Notes: a model not told the origin generated them from the letters alone. A DNA stretch of 64,000 nucleotides from Chiloscyllium plagiosum (GCF_004010195.1 NC_057718.1:94150039-94214038); one strand, 5' to 3'; positions 1 through 12,953 are shown, counted from the stretch's first letter. Numbers and translations: made by a program.

Positions 1-480
1 GTGTAAAAATGAAAACCTAAATATAAAAGGGAGGGCAAAAAATAATATCTCAATGTAAAGTGGGGATGGAAAGGCAAAAATTAAACCCTAAATGCAAAAC
101 GAGGGCAAAATTAAAAGTTTGTTAATGCAAAGTGAGCAAAAATTAAAATCTAAATGAGAAGAGGAAGGCAAAAATTAAGATCCCAAGTGCAAGGGAGTGG
201 GAAAAAAATGAAAAGCTGAATGCAAAGTGGAAATGGGGGTAGAAATTAAAATCTACACGCAACTTGGGAATGGGGCAAAAATTAAAATCTACACGCAAAT
301 TGGGAATGGGGCAAAAATTAAAATCTACACGCAAATTGGGAATGGGGCAAAAATTAAGATTTACATGCAAATAGAAATGGGGGCAGAAATCAAAATCTAG
401 TAAAAGGGGAGGGAAGAGAATCGCATCTAATTGCAAAGTGAGAATGGAGCAAAAGTTACAATCTAAATGCGAAGGGGAGA
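1..480. repeat. Degenerate ~36-bp tandem repeat (minisatellite), probably continuing left of the window
   Basis: Recurrent unit GCAAAAATTAAAATCTACACGCAAATTGGGAATGGG, nearly exact at ~243-355. The spurious ORF 143-505 shows the 12-aa period NLRVDFNFCPIP. Confidence 0.85.
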
Positions 481-2589
481 TGCCGTTGAGCTGTCGAGGA
501 TTCACAGGATATTTAAATATGGTATAGAAGAGATCTCCTGTGAAAGAAGCATGAATATTCCTGATTAATTCCTCCTAATGTTCCACAACAACTGTGCTGA
601 AAATAATGAGAATCGATTTCCAGACACACATTTATTTATAAATTGAAGATTATATATAAATTTCTAAATATAGTTACACATATGATACATATATTAAACA
701 ATCGATATCACAAAATATAATTATATGCAGTTATATAAATTTGTGGGTTTTCTTAACATATAATTTTTGTTTCTTACACCTTACAGAAGCGTCTTTCTTT
801 AAAATTTCTCACCAGGATGAGAATGAAGTGACACAGTAGGATCTTGATGAGTGTGTTTTCCTTATTGGTGCTTTGAGAAGCCTGATCGGTATCCAGACTG
901 AATGAAAACAGATCAAAAACCAAGACTTTTTAAAGAAACAAAAAACAAAATTGCTGGGATTGAGAAAGAAACCCTAACAATTGCCACAGGACAGGGCCTT
1001 TATTGTCAGGAAGTTGGAAGTTTTCGATGCCCTCTCACGGGATTTTGTCTTGGTTCCTTGCAACCGTGTGCCGCTGCAGTGGAGCACATTGTATTTAGCA
1101 GAATGCGTTTGTCTTAAAACGCGCGCAACATTCCTATCCAGCCGCTAAATCATTCGTACACAAACAAAAAAGCCTGGGGTCGGACAATCTCCAAATGTAT
1201 TGCGGATTTACCTTAATTTACAAAATATCGAGCGTGTTTCGTTAGAGGATGCAGTTAAATCAATTGCAAGATAGAATGCGTGAATCGCTCTTTCCAGAGC
1301 AGCGTTAACATTAAATATGATTAAGTGTTCACTGCTGTCTTCCATTTAGTCTTATCAATTAAAAGCCATAAATTAGGGAGCAAGAAAAATAACAGATAAG
1401 GGTCACATCGTTAAGTGATGTGATCCGTCATCGTCTAAGCTAATTTTGAATTATATAGAACATAATAGCTCGCAGATTTCTATAGGATTACAATATAGAT
1501 TACTTGAGAGCTGTTTCTTTGCAATAAAACTGCAATTACTTATAAAGAGGTCTTTTACATCTGATAGCAATCGGGATCTATGAGGTTGACATCTTATTGG
1601 ATAGCTGGCAAAATTAACTTAAATTGCGATAGTATAACAAACAATTAAATAGGACCCCTACTAAAATGTGTGAACGGATATTTCCCCCTTTATACGATTT
1701 ATATTTAAAATTATTTCGAAATGATTTTAAAAGGACGAAACCAATACACGTCCCCTGCTAAATCTCTAAGCCTACTCCTGTAATTGGTCGTCCTGCCTCA
1801 CGGAACTGTTTCCTGGGGGTTAGAACAAGCATCTGAGCTGAGGTTAAACTGATCTCTCTCACATTGAGGCGCAAACATTTCCTGATGTTGGGGCGCAGCG
1901 AAATCGAACGCAATTCAGCATCACTTCCCTATTTTGGTGATCTACGTGTTATTTAGACTGCAACCGTTATCCGCCCAGTTCTCCCGTTCCCTCCACCCCC
2001 GAATTTACACCAACCAGGGTCGTGGTGATGGACAAAAAAAAGATTTCTGCGGTTTGGCTCGAATTATTATTCCCTGTCTTATTCCCTGTCTCCTGCACTT
2101 TCGTCCTGCTCGCTTTTGTTATATGATTCTCCTTAAACCTATCGGGATTTTAATGACTCCCTTTATCGTTGTACACAAAAATTGCTCTTTAATTGCCTTA
2201 TTACCAGAAGGTCAAGTATAAATGGTGAACGGGTTCCGGTCAAAGCACATTTGGAAGCTGGTTAGTTATATGTATTGACATAGCAATCTTGAAACGAGCG
2301 TTTAAACGAGCAAAGGTAAAACAAAATTCGATGTTTTGAAACATTAGTAACTTGGGATAGTGATATTTCACAATGAGAACTTTTGGAGCCCTCCCTGTAG
2401 AGAATTCATTATTAACGAGTGTGAATCCTCCTCGTCCTCTCTGTCCCTCACTCTTCCAATGGAAATGTGGAAGAGCAAGGTTTGTGGGTCTCAGGTCACA
2501 CTGGGATGTTGTTTCGGAGATCACACGATGTGGAAAGTGTACCCGAATGGGGCAATGCTGAAGACGTCCCGAGCGGACCCGGGCCCCTC

Positions 2590-3420
2590 CCGTGGTTTTA
2601 ATGAACTGACCCCCGCGCCCCACTAATAGAGGATTAACCGAATTGCAAGAGAAAAGGCGAGTTAATGCGGTATAGTGCGAACTGTCCCACCCTTTGCAAT
2701 AGGCTAAAGGCGAATTACAGCTTGTTCCCAATGTCTCCCATCAGTCTCCCGGGAGACTAGACAACTTGGGTGTTCCACGTCCCGGTGAATCAGCAGGACT
2801 CCGGGAGCATCCTCGCACTTGCAGACGGCAATATTCATCAGCTGCTGATCACCGTCCACGCCGTGGCTGCGTACACACATTATTTTCTGTTGTTTGAATG
2901 TTCACTCTCTGTCTTTTGTGTGTGTGTGTGTGCCGGGGGGAGATGTAGCCAAACTTTCTAATCCTTTCTAAGGTCTTGAAATTTATCAGTGCAAACTGAT
3001 CACCCAACGATTGGGAGAGAGAGAAATAAAAATACTCAGTCGTGTTGACATATAAATTCCCATTCGGGGGCTCATAGTGCCACTGTGACAATCCCATTGT
3101 CGGACACCCACACTTCCTGACTGATATTTTACCAAAGAAAATCGCAAAACAACTTGACGAGTTTTAAAACTGAAACTGATAAGCAATTTTTGTTGAAGAG
3201 TTTTTTTTTGGTGGGGGTGGGTGGGTCTACGGCAGGAACATAAATTATCTCTCGTTTCTGTTCTCTATATATAAATATATTTATTCCCTGAACGAGCCAG
3301 CGATTCCTATGTACCTCACTCAGGCGAGACAGAGAGAGAGAAGCGACATTGTGGGTGACATTTACTCATTACACAGAGATAAAGTAACTTGTACCAAAAT
3401 GTAATTAAATTGTCCCGTAA
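2590..3420. promoter_or_regulatory. Candidate FOXA2 3' floor-plate (Shh/Gli-responsive) enhancer
   Basis: TGGGTGTTC at 2767-2775 (GAACACCCA on the gene strand), GATCACCCA at 2998-3006, GGACACCCA at 3102-3110, paired Sox sites ACAAT-CCC-ATTGT at 3088-3100 and several TAAT cores. Unique, CpG-rich DNA ~9 kb 3' of the stop codon. Confidence 0.6.
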
Positions 3421-3829
3421 TAAGTGAAAGGATCAAGCAGCCCCTTCATTGTCGGAGGGAACTGGCGTCTGTTGTCAGGACAACAGTAAACTGTCCTGCA
3501 ATGAACCAGCTCTCAAGCGAAGGCATTTTGCAGCCATCTTTCTCCGTGTGGATCTGGTGCTGCGGGGAGAGTAGGTTCCACAATACTGTTTCTTCATTGG
3601 CCTTCCATACCCAGAGTGAGGGAAAAAAGTGGAAGCCGCCACATTATAACCTAATTAAACCCGTTCCCCTCATTGCAAACGTCGCTCATGTCGTTTTGTG
3701 ATTCACTTAGCACCATGGTTTCAAGTTATGTCCGGACAGAAATCTTCTTTTTGGTGCATTCAGGGGTAAAAAAAAAATGCTTTTGAAGGTATTACTTTGT
3801 TCTTTTCGACGGCCTTCTGTCCTCTCTTT

Positions 3830-4340
3830 GGGTGTAATTAATGCAATCCCCATCAAAAGGTATTAAGAGTCCTTTGGTATGGTGCCGAGGAAGAGCTGGC
3901 TGTTATAATGTGAATTTCAACAGAGAGAGAGGAAAAAATCCTCACCAAGCTCATTACTTAATGTCAGCAGATAAACCCAAGTTCATTGCTACAGTCCTTC
4001 CTTAGTATTAAACCTTTGCAATATTATTTTCCCTTCGGAAGGTCGGTGTTTAATTCTGTCGCAAATTTATTTCGATAAGCCCAGTGACCTTTTCTGCATT
4101 ATCCGAGGTAGAAATTAAAATTAAAGCGCGCGAGCAGCGCTGAATATTGCTCTGAATTCAGTGACGTTAACGAGAGTTTCTCTGCTCAGACAGACGCCAG
4201 GACCGGCCTATGCTGAACCTCGATATCAAAAGGCCAGTTGCATTTAATTCAAAGCTGGAGTGCGCTTGACAAAGGTTATTCCCATCAAAGGATGTGAAAT
4301 GGAGTACGTGGATATACACTCATTTAATGACAAGTAATTG
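3830..4340. promoter_or_regulatory. Candidate Wnt-responsive element (TCF/LEF-like cluster with homeodomain cores)
   Basis: ATCAAAG 4284-4290, TTCAAAG 4248-4254, ATCAAAAG at ~3852 and ~4225, ACAAAG 4269-4274, and TAATTA/TAATTG cores. Confidence 0.35.
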
Positions 4341-4636
4341 ACAAATCCCGAAGACGCGCATTACTAGAGGAATAGGACTGTATTAATTATTTAACAGCGA
4401 TTACCCTTTCAGCGTGTCCTATACAGAACTGGTCATGTATTGAAAATATGACAAGTTAAAAGCACACTTTTCTGCAACAGACAGAGGAGAGGGGAAGGAA
4501 AGGGAATCGATATTTTGTTCCTCAAGTGAACAATGATTAGCAATTTCCAAATAAATCATAAATTATGTGATGTAAAAGCAGACCTCACTGAACATCCATG
4601 ATTCAAATAATAGGTGTTGCATAATATCTGTAATTG

Positions 4637-4708
<72 letters not shown>
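4637..4708. repeat. (GATA)18 microsatellite
   Basis: Perfect GATA array; a second array lies at ~4902-4945. Confidence 0.97.
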
Positions 4709-4709
<1 letters not shown>

Positions 4710-4714
4710 GTCCA

Positions 4715-4850
4715 CTAGACCATAAGAAAAAGGAACAGCGGGCCGTTCGGCCCGTCAAGCCTCCTCCGCCATTCAATAGGGTCATAACTGATCCGGCACA
4801 CATCCACTTTCCTGCATTTTTCACTTAACTCTTGTTCCCCCTCCCCCATC
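4715..4850 (-). mobile_element. CR1-type LINE 3'-end fragment
   Basis: CATAAGAAAAAGGAACAG..GGCCGTTCGGCCCGTCAAGCCT..CCGCCATTCAATA motif, also seen at ~32860, ~34035 and ~34800. A more decayed copy lies at ~4955-5030. Confidence 0.55.
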
Positions 4851-4900
4851 AACAATCGATCTGAACTTTAAGCAATCGCAAGGATAGATAAAAAGATAAG

Positions 4901-4945
<45 letters not shown>

Positions 4946-5099
4946 CGATCAAGCGCAAGAACAAGGCTGAGCCATTCAGTCAGACTATCCTACCCCGCCG
5001 TTCAATGAGACCATTGCGAAACTACACATGTCCCTATCAATTTAAGCAGAGCGTAAGCCTTCTCAGATCTACATAGTTAATTAATTGGCATCTCTTGCT

Positions 5100-5292
5100 T
5101 GTGAGTTTGCCTGTGTGCGTGTCTGTGTGTCTGTGTTTCTATGTGTGTGTCTGTGCGTCTGCGTGTGTCTGTGTGTCTACGTGTGTGTCTGTGCGTGTGT
5201 ATCTGTGTCTGTGTGTGTATCTGTGTGTGTGTCTGTGTGTATGTGTGTGTCTGTATGTGTGTGTGTGCGCGCGCGTGTGTCTCTGTGTGCGT
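5100..5292. repeat. Compound (TG)n/(TGTGTC)n microsatellite
   Basis: Direct inspection of the sequence. Confidence 0.95.
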
Positions 5293-8200
5293 ATGAATGA
5301 GATAGGTCCACACTCTCCTCACTCTATGCCCGAAGAAAACCATCCCATGAAGGAGCGATTCTGATTTTCACATTGTCTCCATAGTCCGGCACCCACCCAT
5401 CCTCCAGTCTCCCCCACCCCTCTCCTCCCAAACCCGATCCATGGGTCAATCGATCGGATGATCGAGATGGTGGATCTATAAACTTACGTGCAGCCATGTT
5501 CCGTTAACTAATATTTTCTAAACGTTCCCTTTCCGCAAATACATTCGGAGGGACCACATTAAAATAGTTTGTCGCCTCAGAGTTTGGTAAACATTGCGTT
5601 GAAGAATTACTGAAGAAAATCGGGTCAATATTCTAACATGTTTTTTCTCAGATAAATCCTGCTTTTTTGGTAAAATGTATTTGCTGTTCTGTAAAGATGC
5701 AGAACGTTTTCACTTTTAAGAGTATATCGACTGAGAATGGTCACATTCCTGTTAAGAGTTTGTCTGAGATGGTGTTCTTTCTCTTTCTACAGTCGTGGGT
5801 CGGAACTGATATTTTTTTCATTTGGTTTGTTAACAAATTGCAAACTCCCAATCCAATTGTGACATTGCGGTAGCCCTCACCCGCTGTCTCTGCTGGATGT
5901 CGACATTATTCGTTCAGATAGTACACAGCTTGGTTTAAATAATAAATAAAACAAAGTCAAGTCGAAATAATTGCTGGGACGAATTACGGGTAAAATTGGA
6001 ATAACGTGGGCGAACCCGAGGACCAGACCGAATGGAAGATTTCACAGAGTCGAGACAGAAGATAATTGCTGTGTGCTAGAGTATTTGTGGTCTAATGGTG
6101 ATGCTCGAAAACAGTGTTAGGATTCAGCACTAACTGTTGACAAAAGAACTTATTCCAATGAACAACTGAAATCAAGTATGGAGTTGAACCAAATTAATAT
6201 TTAATCCTTTCGTCCTGTTTTTTGGTTTAAATAATCATCACAGGAATTTGAATTTTTTAAAAAAGAAAAGGGTTATTGAAAACGTTAGGGACTCTTTTTT
6301 TGTTAAAATAAGCTTCTTTGGGACTGGTGACCCTGCCTGTTTTGCAATTTCAAGATGCGACCCGGAAGTTACTCATCGCCAAAACACATCTTGATCTGAG
6401 TGAAGAAAATGGTTACCTCTCCATCTCTGAGGTGATTTGAATGTCGGTGTAGTTTTGCTTGGATATCTGACCCTTGCCAAACCACCAATAACCGCCCCCT
6501 CCTCCAAAACGTTCTCTCCTCCCTCCCCACATCCCCACCACACCCCCATCCTCTCCCCACCGCAATCTTTGCCCATTACATTTCAGTAGCATCGCGATCA
6601 AATTATCTGTTTGCTAACGATCTCCGGCAAACGTTCTCTGTCAGAAACATAACTGGGACTGAGAATCCTCCCAATGCCACTTGTTTAAAACAATGCTGTC
6701 TGCCATCGTCTACCGATTCATCAAAGCTGAAAAGCTTGAAAAATCTGTTATCTCCAATTATCTAAGCATCTATTCTAATTCTCTTGCATCTCCCATATAT
6801 ATCTCGATCGTCTTGTTTATCCAGCGCTATGTATCTTCATTCGTCTTTCCTTTATAGGTCTGTGAGATCTATAATGGCTTGATTTTTTGCTCACAATAGC
6901 GTACTCAGCGTTAGAATCTATTCCTCAATTCAGTTAGGAGATACATCCTCATACTGAATCTTCACGCTTGACAATTCAATCTTTTTCTCGCTTTTAACAG
7001 CTGAATTAGTTAAAAGGAAACCAGTAGTAGTGGGTGGAGAGGAGATGGGTGTTGGTAGGGGCTATTTTCAGATATAAACGAGTTATTTGGGTTTAAAAAT
7101 GTAAAAGAAACTAAAATCCGACTCCAATGAGTTTGAGACCATCCTTGATTTCGGAGACAGAAGTTGGTCATTGATATTGACATCCCTCTCTTCCTGTTTT
7201 ATTGATTTCCCCAGCTAAAAGTCGCAATCTCCATTAAAGGTAACACAATTTGAAGACAATGTGGGTTTTTTTTTCAGTTTCAACCTGAATTAAGTAACAT
7301 TGTTTAACTTTCTAATGCACTGTCACGGTGAGAGATCTAACTGTATTGGGGCGAGTCAAGACATCCGCTAGCACAGTCCTGGCATCGCTTTCTGAATCTG
7401 AAATGCGTTACACAGTCCTGATGGATAAACCTACCTGTGCCTCTTAAAGTCCGGCCGCTCCGAAAGACCCAACTTTTGACGTTACTGCATGTGCAGGACC
7501 TGATGCACCGCAGATTATTCGAGCTCAGCGCTGCTTAAGTGTTGACAAAGCAAAGATTTTCCTGGCTCGGTAGCGTCCAACATGATTATTTTACCAAGAT
7601 ATTGATCGGTCTCATAAAATTCCTTCAAACACATTGGGGAGGGGGAGAACTAGGGCGGGGGAGGGGGTGGTGTGCTGTGGGGATGGTGATTGAGGAGAGG
7701 AGCAGATATCTGTGCAAACTCATAAAGCGTCATCGAAAGCTTTGCCTCTTCAGAAATTATTCTCCTTTACCCTTCGGCCTGCCCTGTTGGTCAATCGCGT
7801 GTGAGATTTGAACAGAAATTGGCATAAGATTGGAGTTGGAAATGTGGGTGAAATAAGCGACACAACGTCAATATCAGAAATTATGGTGTAAATTGGGGAG
7901 TCTAAAATCGAGTGGTTTTGTTTTGTATGTGTTTATTTTGACATTTATTAAATTGACCTCTCCCCCCCCCCCCCCCCCATTACAGTGCGTGACATCTTCC
8001 TGGATCAGCGCGGTGAGACACTTTTAACTCGTTTTAAAATGACCCGCTGACAACGGGTGCTGTGATATGGAACATGTAGGTTAGAATAGCGCATTCACGC
8101 GTCTTTTGTGGCCAGGACTGGCTCATTTCTCAACGTATTCTGCCTCGCCGCGGGAGGCTTTTATGTGATCCTAATGAAACAGATTTCATGGCTGATTCGC

Positions 8201-10550
8201 GACGTGTGTGTCCTCGGCAGTGAGAGACTACAGTTGGGCTCCAGGGCCATGCAATGTTCACGGTGAGCTGAGACAATGTGAAATTAGAAAAGGGTTTTAA
8301 CACCGCCACTTCAATAGCACAGAACTTGCTCATCACTGACAAGTGGAAGACTGTACCCCGGGAGTGAGAAATTTGAATCCAAGATTTGCACCCTCATTTT
8401 TTTTAAAAAAATATGGCGACATCTTCCAGGTTAATTACCGTTAAAAATCTGCCTTTCATTTCCAAAGTTGGTATGCCTCAGCTTTCGTTGTCCCATGTGC
8501 GTTAGAGTGTTTCTGCTTGGACAGGGATAAGACGCAAAATGCATATTTAAATTTCAGGTGATCTAACGGTGGAAGAGAAAAAGATGTGAGCGGATCTTTT
8601 TTTTTAAATTCAGCGATTGAAAATATTAGACCTCAGTCTCCCGCCCGTTTGTCAGTAACCGAATGGACATTAAATCCCGATAAAGAATGGCTAGGGCTAA
8701 AATATGGACTCTTGTGCAGCTCCAGCTTGTGGAACTGTCCCTGAGGTCTCGTCTTCTGGTGGGTATAAATTTTATCGCTGGATGAGCTGAATCAACCCTC
8801 AAATATTGCATTGTACAGTTCGCTGTGCGAAAGCTGCCAATATGGAGTGCGCCTGTATTTGCATATATTTAGAACTTGCAATTCCAAGACTCTATAGTCA
8901 AACTGCTTAAAACATCTCCTTAAAACAGTGTTTTAAACTTCAATAGGTCAGAACACTTTCCCCGTTCTAAAACTCAATTCGAGATTGCTCAAAGTCTGAA
9001 AAAAACACTTCTGAAAATTGCGTAATTTGTCTTTTTTTAGAAAAAACTGTAAGCTGATTTAAATGTTTTTAAAAATCCGTTTCGATGGCATTTCTGTTTG
9101 CGAAATTTGCAAGATCGCATTTAAATCCTCATTTTGAAATGAAGTAAATGTGGATTTTTGACTAGTTTTTAAAAACTTCTGGGGCTTTTAACACGCCAAT
9201 CCCAGATAAGCAGGGAACGCGCTCAGAGCTAATGCGATCCATTATCTCCCCCAACAATGATGCGGTCCAAGAGATTGAACCAAACAAATAAGAAAATTGA
9301 CCATCCCCCAGCAAGGGAACTTATCCCTAACCATGGATTCTCCCGATCAAGGGGGCACGGGACGATTAAAACTCATAGAGAACCTGACTTGATGCAATCC
9401 TTAAAGTTATATTCAACAAAACTGGACACGAAATTGTCAATGTTAACATTTCAAATGAAGGCTATCCCGCGCGGTGCAGGTGAAAAAAAGCCAATGTTGT
9501 TAGGGTCGTGGTTGTCTGTGACAGTTGGTTGAACAGGAAACTTGCCAAATTAATCTGACATATTTCGTAATTAAATTTCAAAGAAGGAAGCGAGTCAGGG
9601 GGTATAATGCTGAAACTACAGTGGGATTGGGGGGTAGGTCATACTCTTCACTGAAGGTGTGAACTGCGGTTTTTATCGAATGGTCCTAACTGTTTTTAAC
9701 GTCCGAGGATTCAGGAAATTTGCGCCGTTAACTACGGGAGAACTCCGACAAATGCCACCGCTGAAGTGTTATCAACACATAACGAAAAATAAAACAAACA
9801 CCTCGGATTTCTGTTTAAAATAAAACAGTGCATGGCATCGCCTCCCAGTTAAATATCCGCGAATTATTCGTGTCATTCCTACCCAGACGAGAAATTGCTT
9901 GTTAAAAATTCACCCGTAGACTAATGGGGAGCGCAACTGCGTTTAAGAATAAAGTTATCAGTCAACACCGACTCTGGCCTTTAGTGTTGCATTCCTTTCA
10001 AAATGCCACTTGGTTGGAGGAGCTTCTGAATGGGACAGAAACCTATACCTTCTACTGTTTGAAATTGAAGCAGAGGGGAGAGACAAGTGCGGTCTTTTAC
10101 CTGGCGCCACTCCACAGGGTGAACAGTAATCACCATGACAGGGGGAATGCACAACGGAGGCTAGTTCTCAAAGGAACAACAGACCAAAAGAAACAGCGCA
10201 CTAATCTGCTTACCTGCGCCGAGGTACAAGACCAGATGTGCTCAAACTATTGACGGCGGGAGCAGGACGCGACTCGAGAATGAGAAACTGGTCATTCAGT
10301 GGCCTGGGCACATCTTTTGAGGCGATTGGAAAGAAATGCGAAACGTGGGAGTGTGCATTTTAACAGCGAGGAAAAGCGGGGGAAATGTAGTGTCAGCACC
10401 AAATGCAACAGCATATAAATTGAAAGGGAAACAAGCGGAAGTCACCGCGTTGTTCAAACCTGTTTCCCCAAACACTCCAAATATCTAATTAAATGTTGAA
10501 CTCTGCTAGACAATAAGAAAGGGTCGTTTAACCGGATCAAAATATGTTCG

Positions 10551-10560
10551 TTTATTTATT
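10551..10560 (-). terminator. Candidate FOXA2 polyadenylation signal (overlapping AATAAA), implying a ~1 kb 3' UTR
   Basis: TTTATTTATT on + reads AATAAATAAA on -; an ATTAAA variant lies ~30 nt upstream; the intervening sequence is AU-rich and UTR-like. No transcript evidence. Confidence 0.4.
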
Positions 10561-11591
10561 TTTCGTTGTTGTATGTCTGTTTGTTTAATTACATTTTCTC
10601 TTTTATAAAATGTTAACATTCTCAACGAAAAAAAGGAAAAAAAAAAGCTTTCTCGAGTTTCTTACATTGGGGAACGACAGCATCAAACGGCACGCACGCA
10701 CACACACACGCACACACACACAAATAAGACTCCCGCTCTAAAATCTACAGCTCAACAATAAATTAAAATCAGTTTTCTTTTAAAAAGTCGGTGTATCAAG
10801 TGAGCATTTACAAACTCCCGGCCTAATGCGCTCGGGACCGGAGGGGGGGGGGGGGGGGCGGGTTGGTAGGGGGGAGGTGATGGTGTCTGAGGACTTCAGA
10901 AATCAAAAAAAGTGCAACAGTTTTAATAGCAATGAACCTTTTCCAATGGCGAGGGTGAGTCGGCTTGCATGGTTCTGGGCGGGGAGGGAATCATTGCTAC
11001 TGACAAAAATCGGTGCAAACATTGAACACTTCGGGTTAATGTAAGATTCTGGGGGAGAGTGAGAGAAAGCCGGTAGAAATATCGGGGGCCCCCTTCCCCC
11101 CAATTATAAATAAAACAGACAGAAACTATAATTTACTTGTCGAAGCGGGGGGGGGGGGGGGTTGATTCGCTGTTAAATGCCAGCGAAATTTTAAATGTGA
11201 TGGGAAAGGAGGTTCGCATTTTGTTTGTTTGGGAAGTTTGGTCCTCAGTGAGAGAGAAATCGGCCAGAGAACTGCGCACAGTACAGAAACGTCGTTATAT
11301 TAAACGCCCCGGTGTATCCTGAAGCAGTCAAAACAAACAGAAGACATTTAAAACGGCGCGCAATTTACAGTCCGGAAACAAAAAAAAAACGAGCAGAGGA
11401 ATCGCTGAACAGCTAACAGTCTGAAAACATCAACAAACAAAAATAATATTTTCCAATTACCTGCGCACAATTTTTGCCCACGCACACCCTCCCTCCCTCC
11501 CTTAATTAGCACTTCTTACAAAAATGTACAGAATTGGCCCAGTCCGATTGTGAGAAGGGGTGGGGGGGTGGGGGGGGGGGAATAAATGTTT

Positions 11592-12833
11592 TTAAGATGA
11601 GTTCATGATTGGTCTGGCATACACACCTTGGTAATAAGACGTGTCGTTGGCGATGGACGGTGGATCTAAGACGCCTTTAGAGCTCATGGGGAGGTTGGCG
11701 GACATGGGGGAGCTATAGTTAGAGTAATGCATCACTTGTTCGTAGGCCTTCAAGTCCATTTTGTGATGTTGCTGCTCGGAAGACATCAAGTTGTTGATTG
11801 AGAACGGGTGGTTGAACGAGTAGTGGTGCTCGGGTTTCAGATGATCCTGGCCTGGTGATGGGAGGTGGGACAGCACCGAGTGGTGCTGGTGCATCAGGTG
11901 AGGCGGGGGCGCCTGGCTGACCGATCCGTTCCCGTGCTCCGGGCTCAGGGTGGAGCTGCGGGACTTGAGGTCGGCCAGCGCTCGCTTCGACTCGCTTCCT
12001 CCTCCCCCACCACCGCCTCCACCACCTCCACCTCCTCCGGGAGAGCTGCCGGACTGGGGGGACTCATTCCCCGGGCTGGAGTCGGTACCGTTCCCGGCCG
12101 AGCAGCCCTCGGCAGACTTGCGACCGGCGTCCTGCTGCGAATTCTTGAGCGCCTGCTTCTTCTCGCACTTGAAGCGCTTCTGGCGCCTCAGGTAGCAGCC
12201 GTTCTCGAACATGTTGCCCGAGTCCGGGTGCAGGGTCCAAAAGGAGCCCTTCCCCGGTTTGTCCGGGGACCTGGGCACTTTCAGGAAGCAGTCATTGAAG
12301 GAGAGCGAGTGGCGGATAGAGTTCTGCCAACGTTGCTGGTTCTGACGGTAGAAAGGGAACAGGTCCATGATCCATTGGTAGATCTCACTCAGGGTCAGCA
12401 TCTTGCTGGAGGACTGCTGGATGGCCATGGTGATGAGGGAGATGTAGGAGTAAGGAGGCTTGGCGTGGGTGTAACTGCGGCGGTAGGTCTTGGGGTCTCT
12501 GGATCGGTTCAGGTTGGACTGGCCGTAGAGCGGGCTCATGCCCATGTTGGTGTAGGAGGTCAGGGCGTTCATGGACGTCGCCTGAGCGCTCATCGGACTC
12601 ATGCTGGGGCTCAAGGCGCTGCCCATCCCCGACATACCGCTCCCCATGCCATTCATCGCCCCCGCGCCCGGGGACATGCCGGTCATAGCTGGGCTCATGC
12701 CCGTGCCAACGTAGGACATGTTCATGGAGCCCGCTGTCATATTGGCGCTGGTGCCCATGGCGGACATGGTCATGTACGTGTTCATGCCGTTCATTCCAAT
12801 TCCCCCGTTCATATTGCTCACCGTGGGGTACCC
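11592..12833 (-). CDS. FOXA2: Forkhead box protein A2 (HNF-3beta), last coding exon (413 aa + stop)
   Basis: Acceptor ttcttatttcctgccctAG|GGG TAC CCC ACG GTG AGC AAT ATG. Contains the forkhead domain ([19 protein letters not shown]...[15 protein letters not shown]...[13 protein letters not shown]), the eh1-like [12 protein letters not shown], and C-terminus [16 protein letters not shown], which matches FOXA2 rather than FOXA1 (RPVLNTS). Confidence 0.97.
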   Translation of the reverse strand, partial: GYPTVSNMNGGIGMNGMNTYMTMSAMGTSANMTAGSMNMSYVGTGMSPAMTGMSPGAGAMNGMGSGMSGMGSALSPSMSPMSAQATSMNALTSYTNMGMSPLYGQSNLNRSRDPKTYRRSYTHAKPPYSYISLITMAIQQSSSKMLTLSEIYQWIMDLFPFYRQNQQRWQNSIRHSLSFNDCFLKVPRSPDKPGKGSFWTLHPDSGNMFENGCYLRRQKRFKCEKKQALKNSQQDAGRKSAEGCSAGNGTDSSPGNESPQSGSSPGGGGGGGGGGGGGGSESKRALADLKSRSSTLSPEHGNGSVSQAPPPHLMHQHHSVLSHLPSPGQDHLKPEHHYSFNHPFSINNLMSSEQQHHKMDLKAYEQVMHYSNYSSPMSANLPMSSKGVLDPPSIANDTSYYQGVYARPIMNSS

Positions 12834-12953
12834 CTAGGGCAGGAAATAAGAAAGCAAAAGCACAGGGTCACCTTTGAGAAACTGCCCAGGCGCTTGAGCT
12901 CAGCATAAAACAGACAGCAACTGATCATTCACCCCGATATTGGTGTGGCTCAA

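Noticed and set aside
143..505. 120-aa ORF with repeated RVDFNFCPIP
   Set aside because: Translation of a 36-bp tandem repeat.
5077..5364. Cys/Val- and His/Thr-rich ORFs
   Set aside because: Translations of a (TG)n microsatellite.
10843..11580. Poly-G runs as G-quadruplex elements in the 3' UTR region
   Set aside because: They read as C-runs on the mRNA strand, homopolymer length is unreliable, and there is no other support.
11865..12908. 347-aa plus-strand ORF antisense to FOXA2
   Set aside because: Shadow ORF of a GC-rich coding exon; non-ATG start and no recognisable domain.
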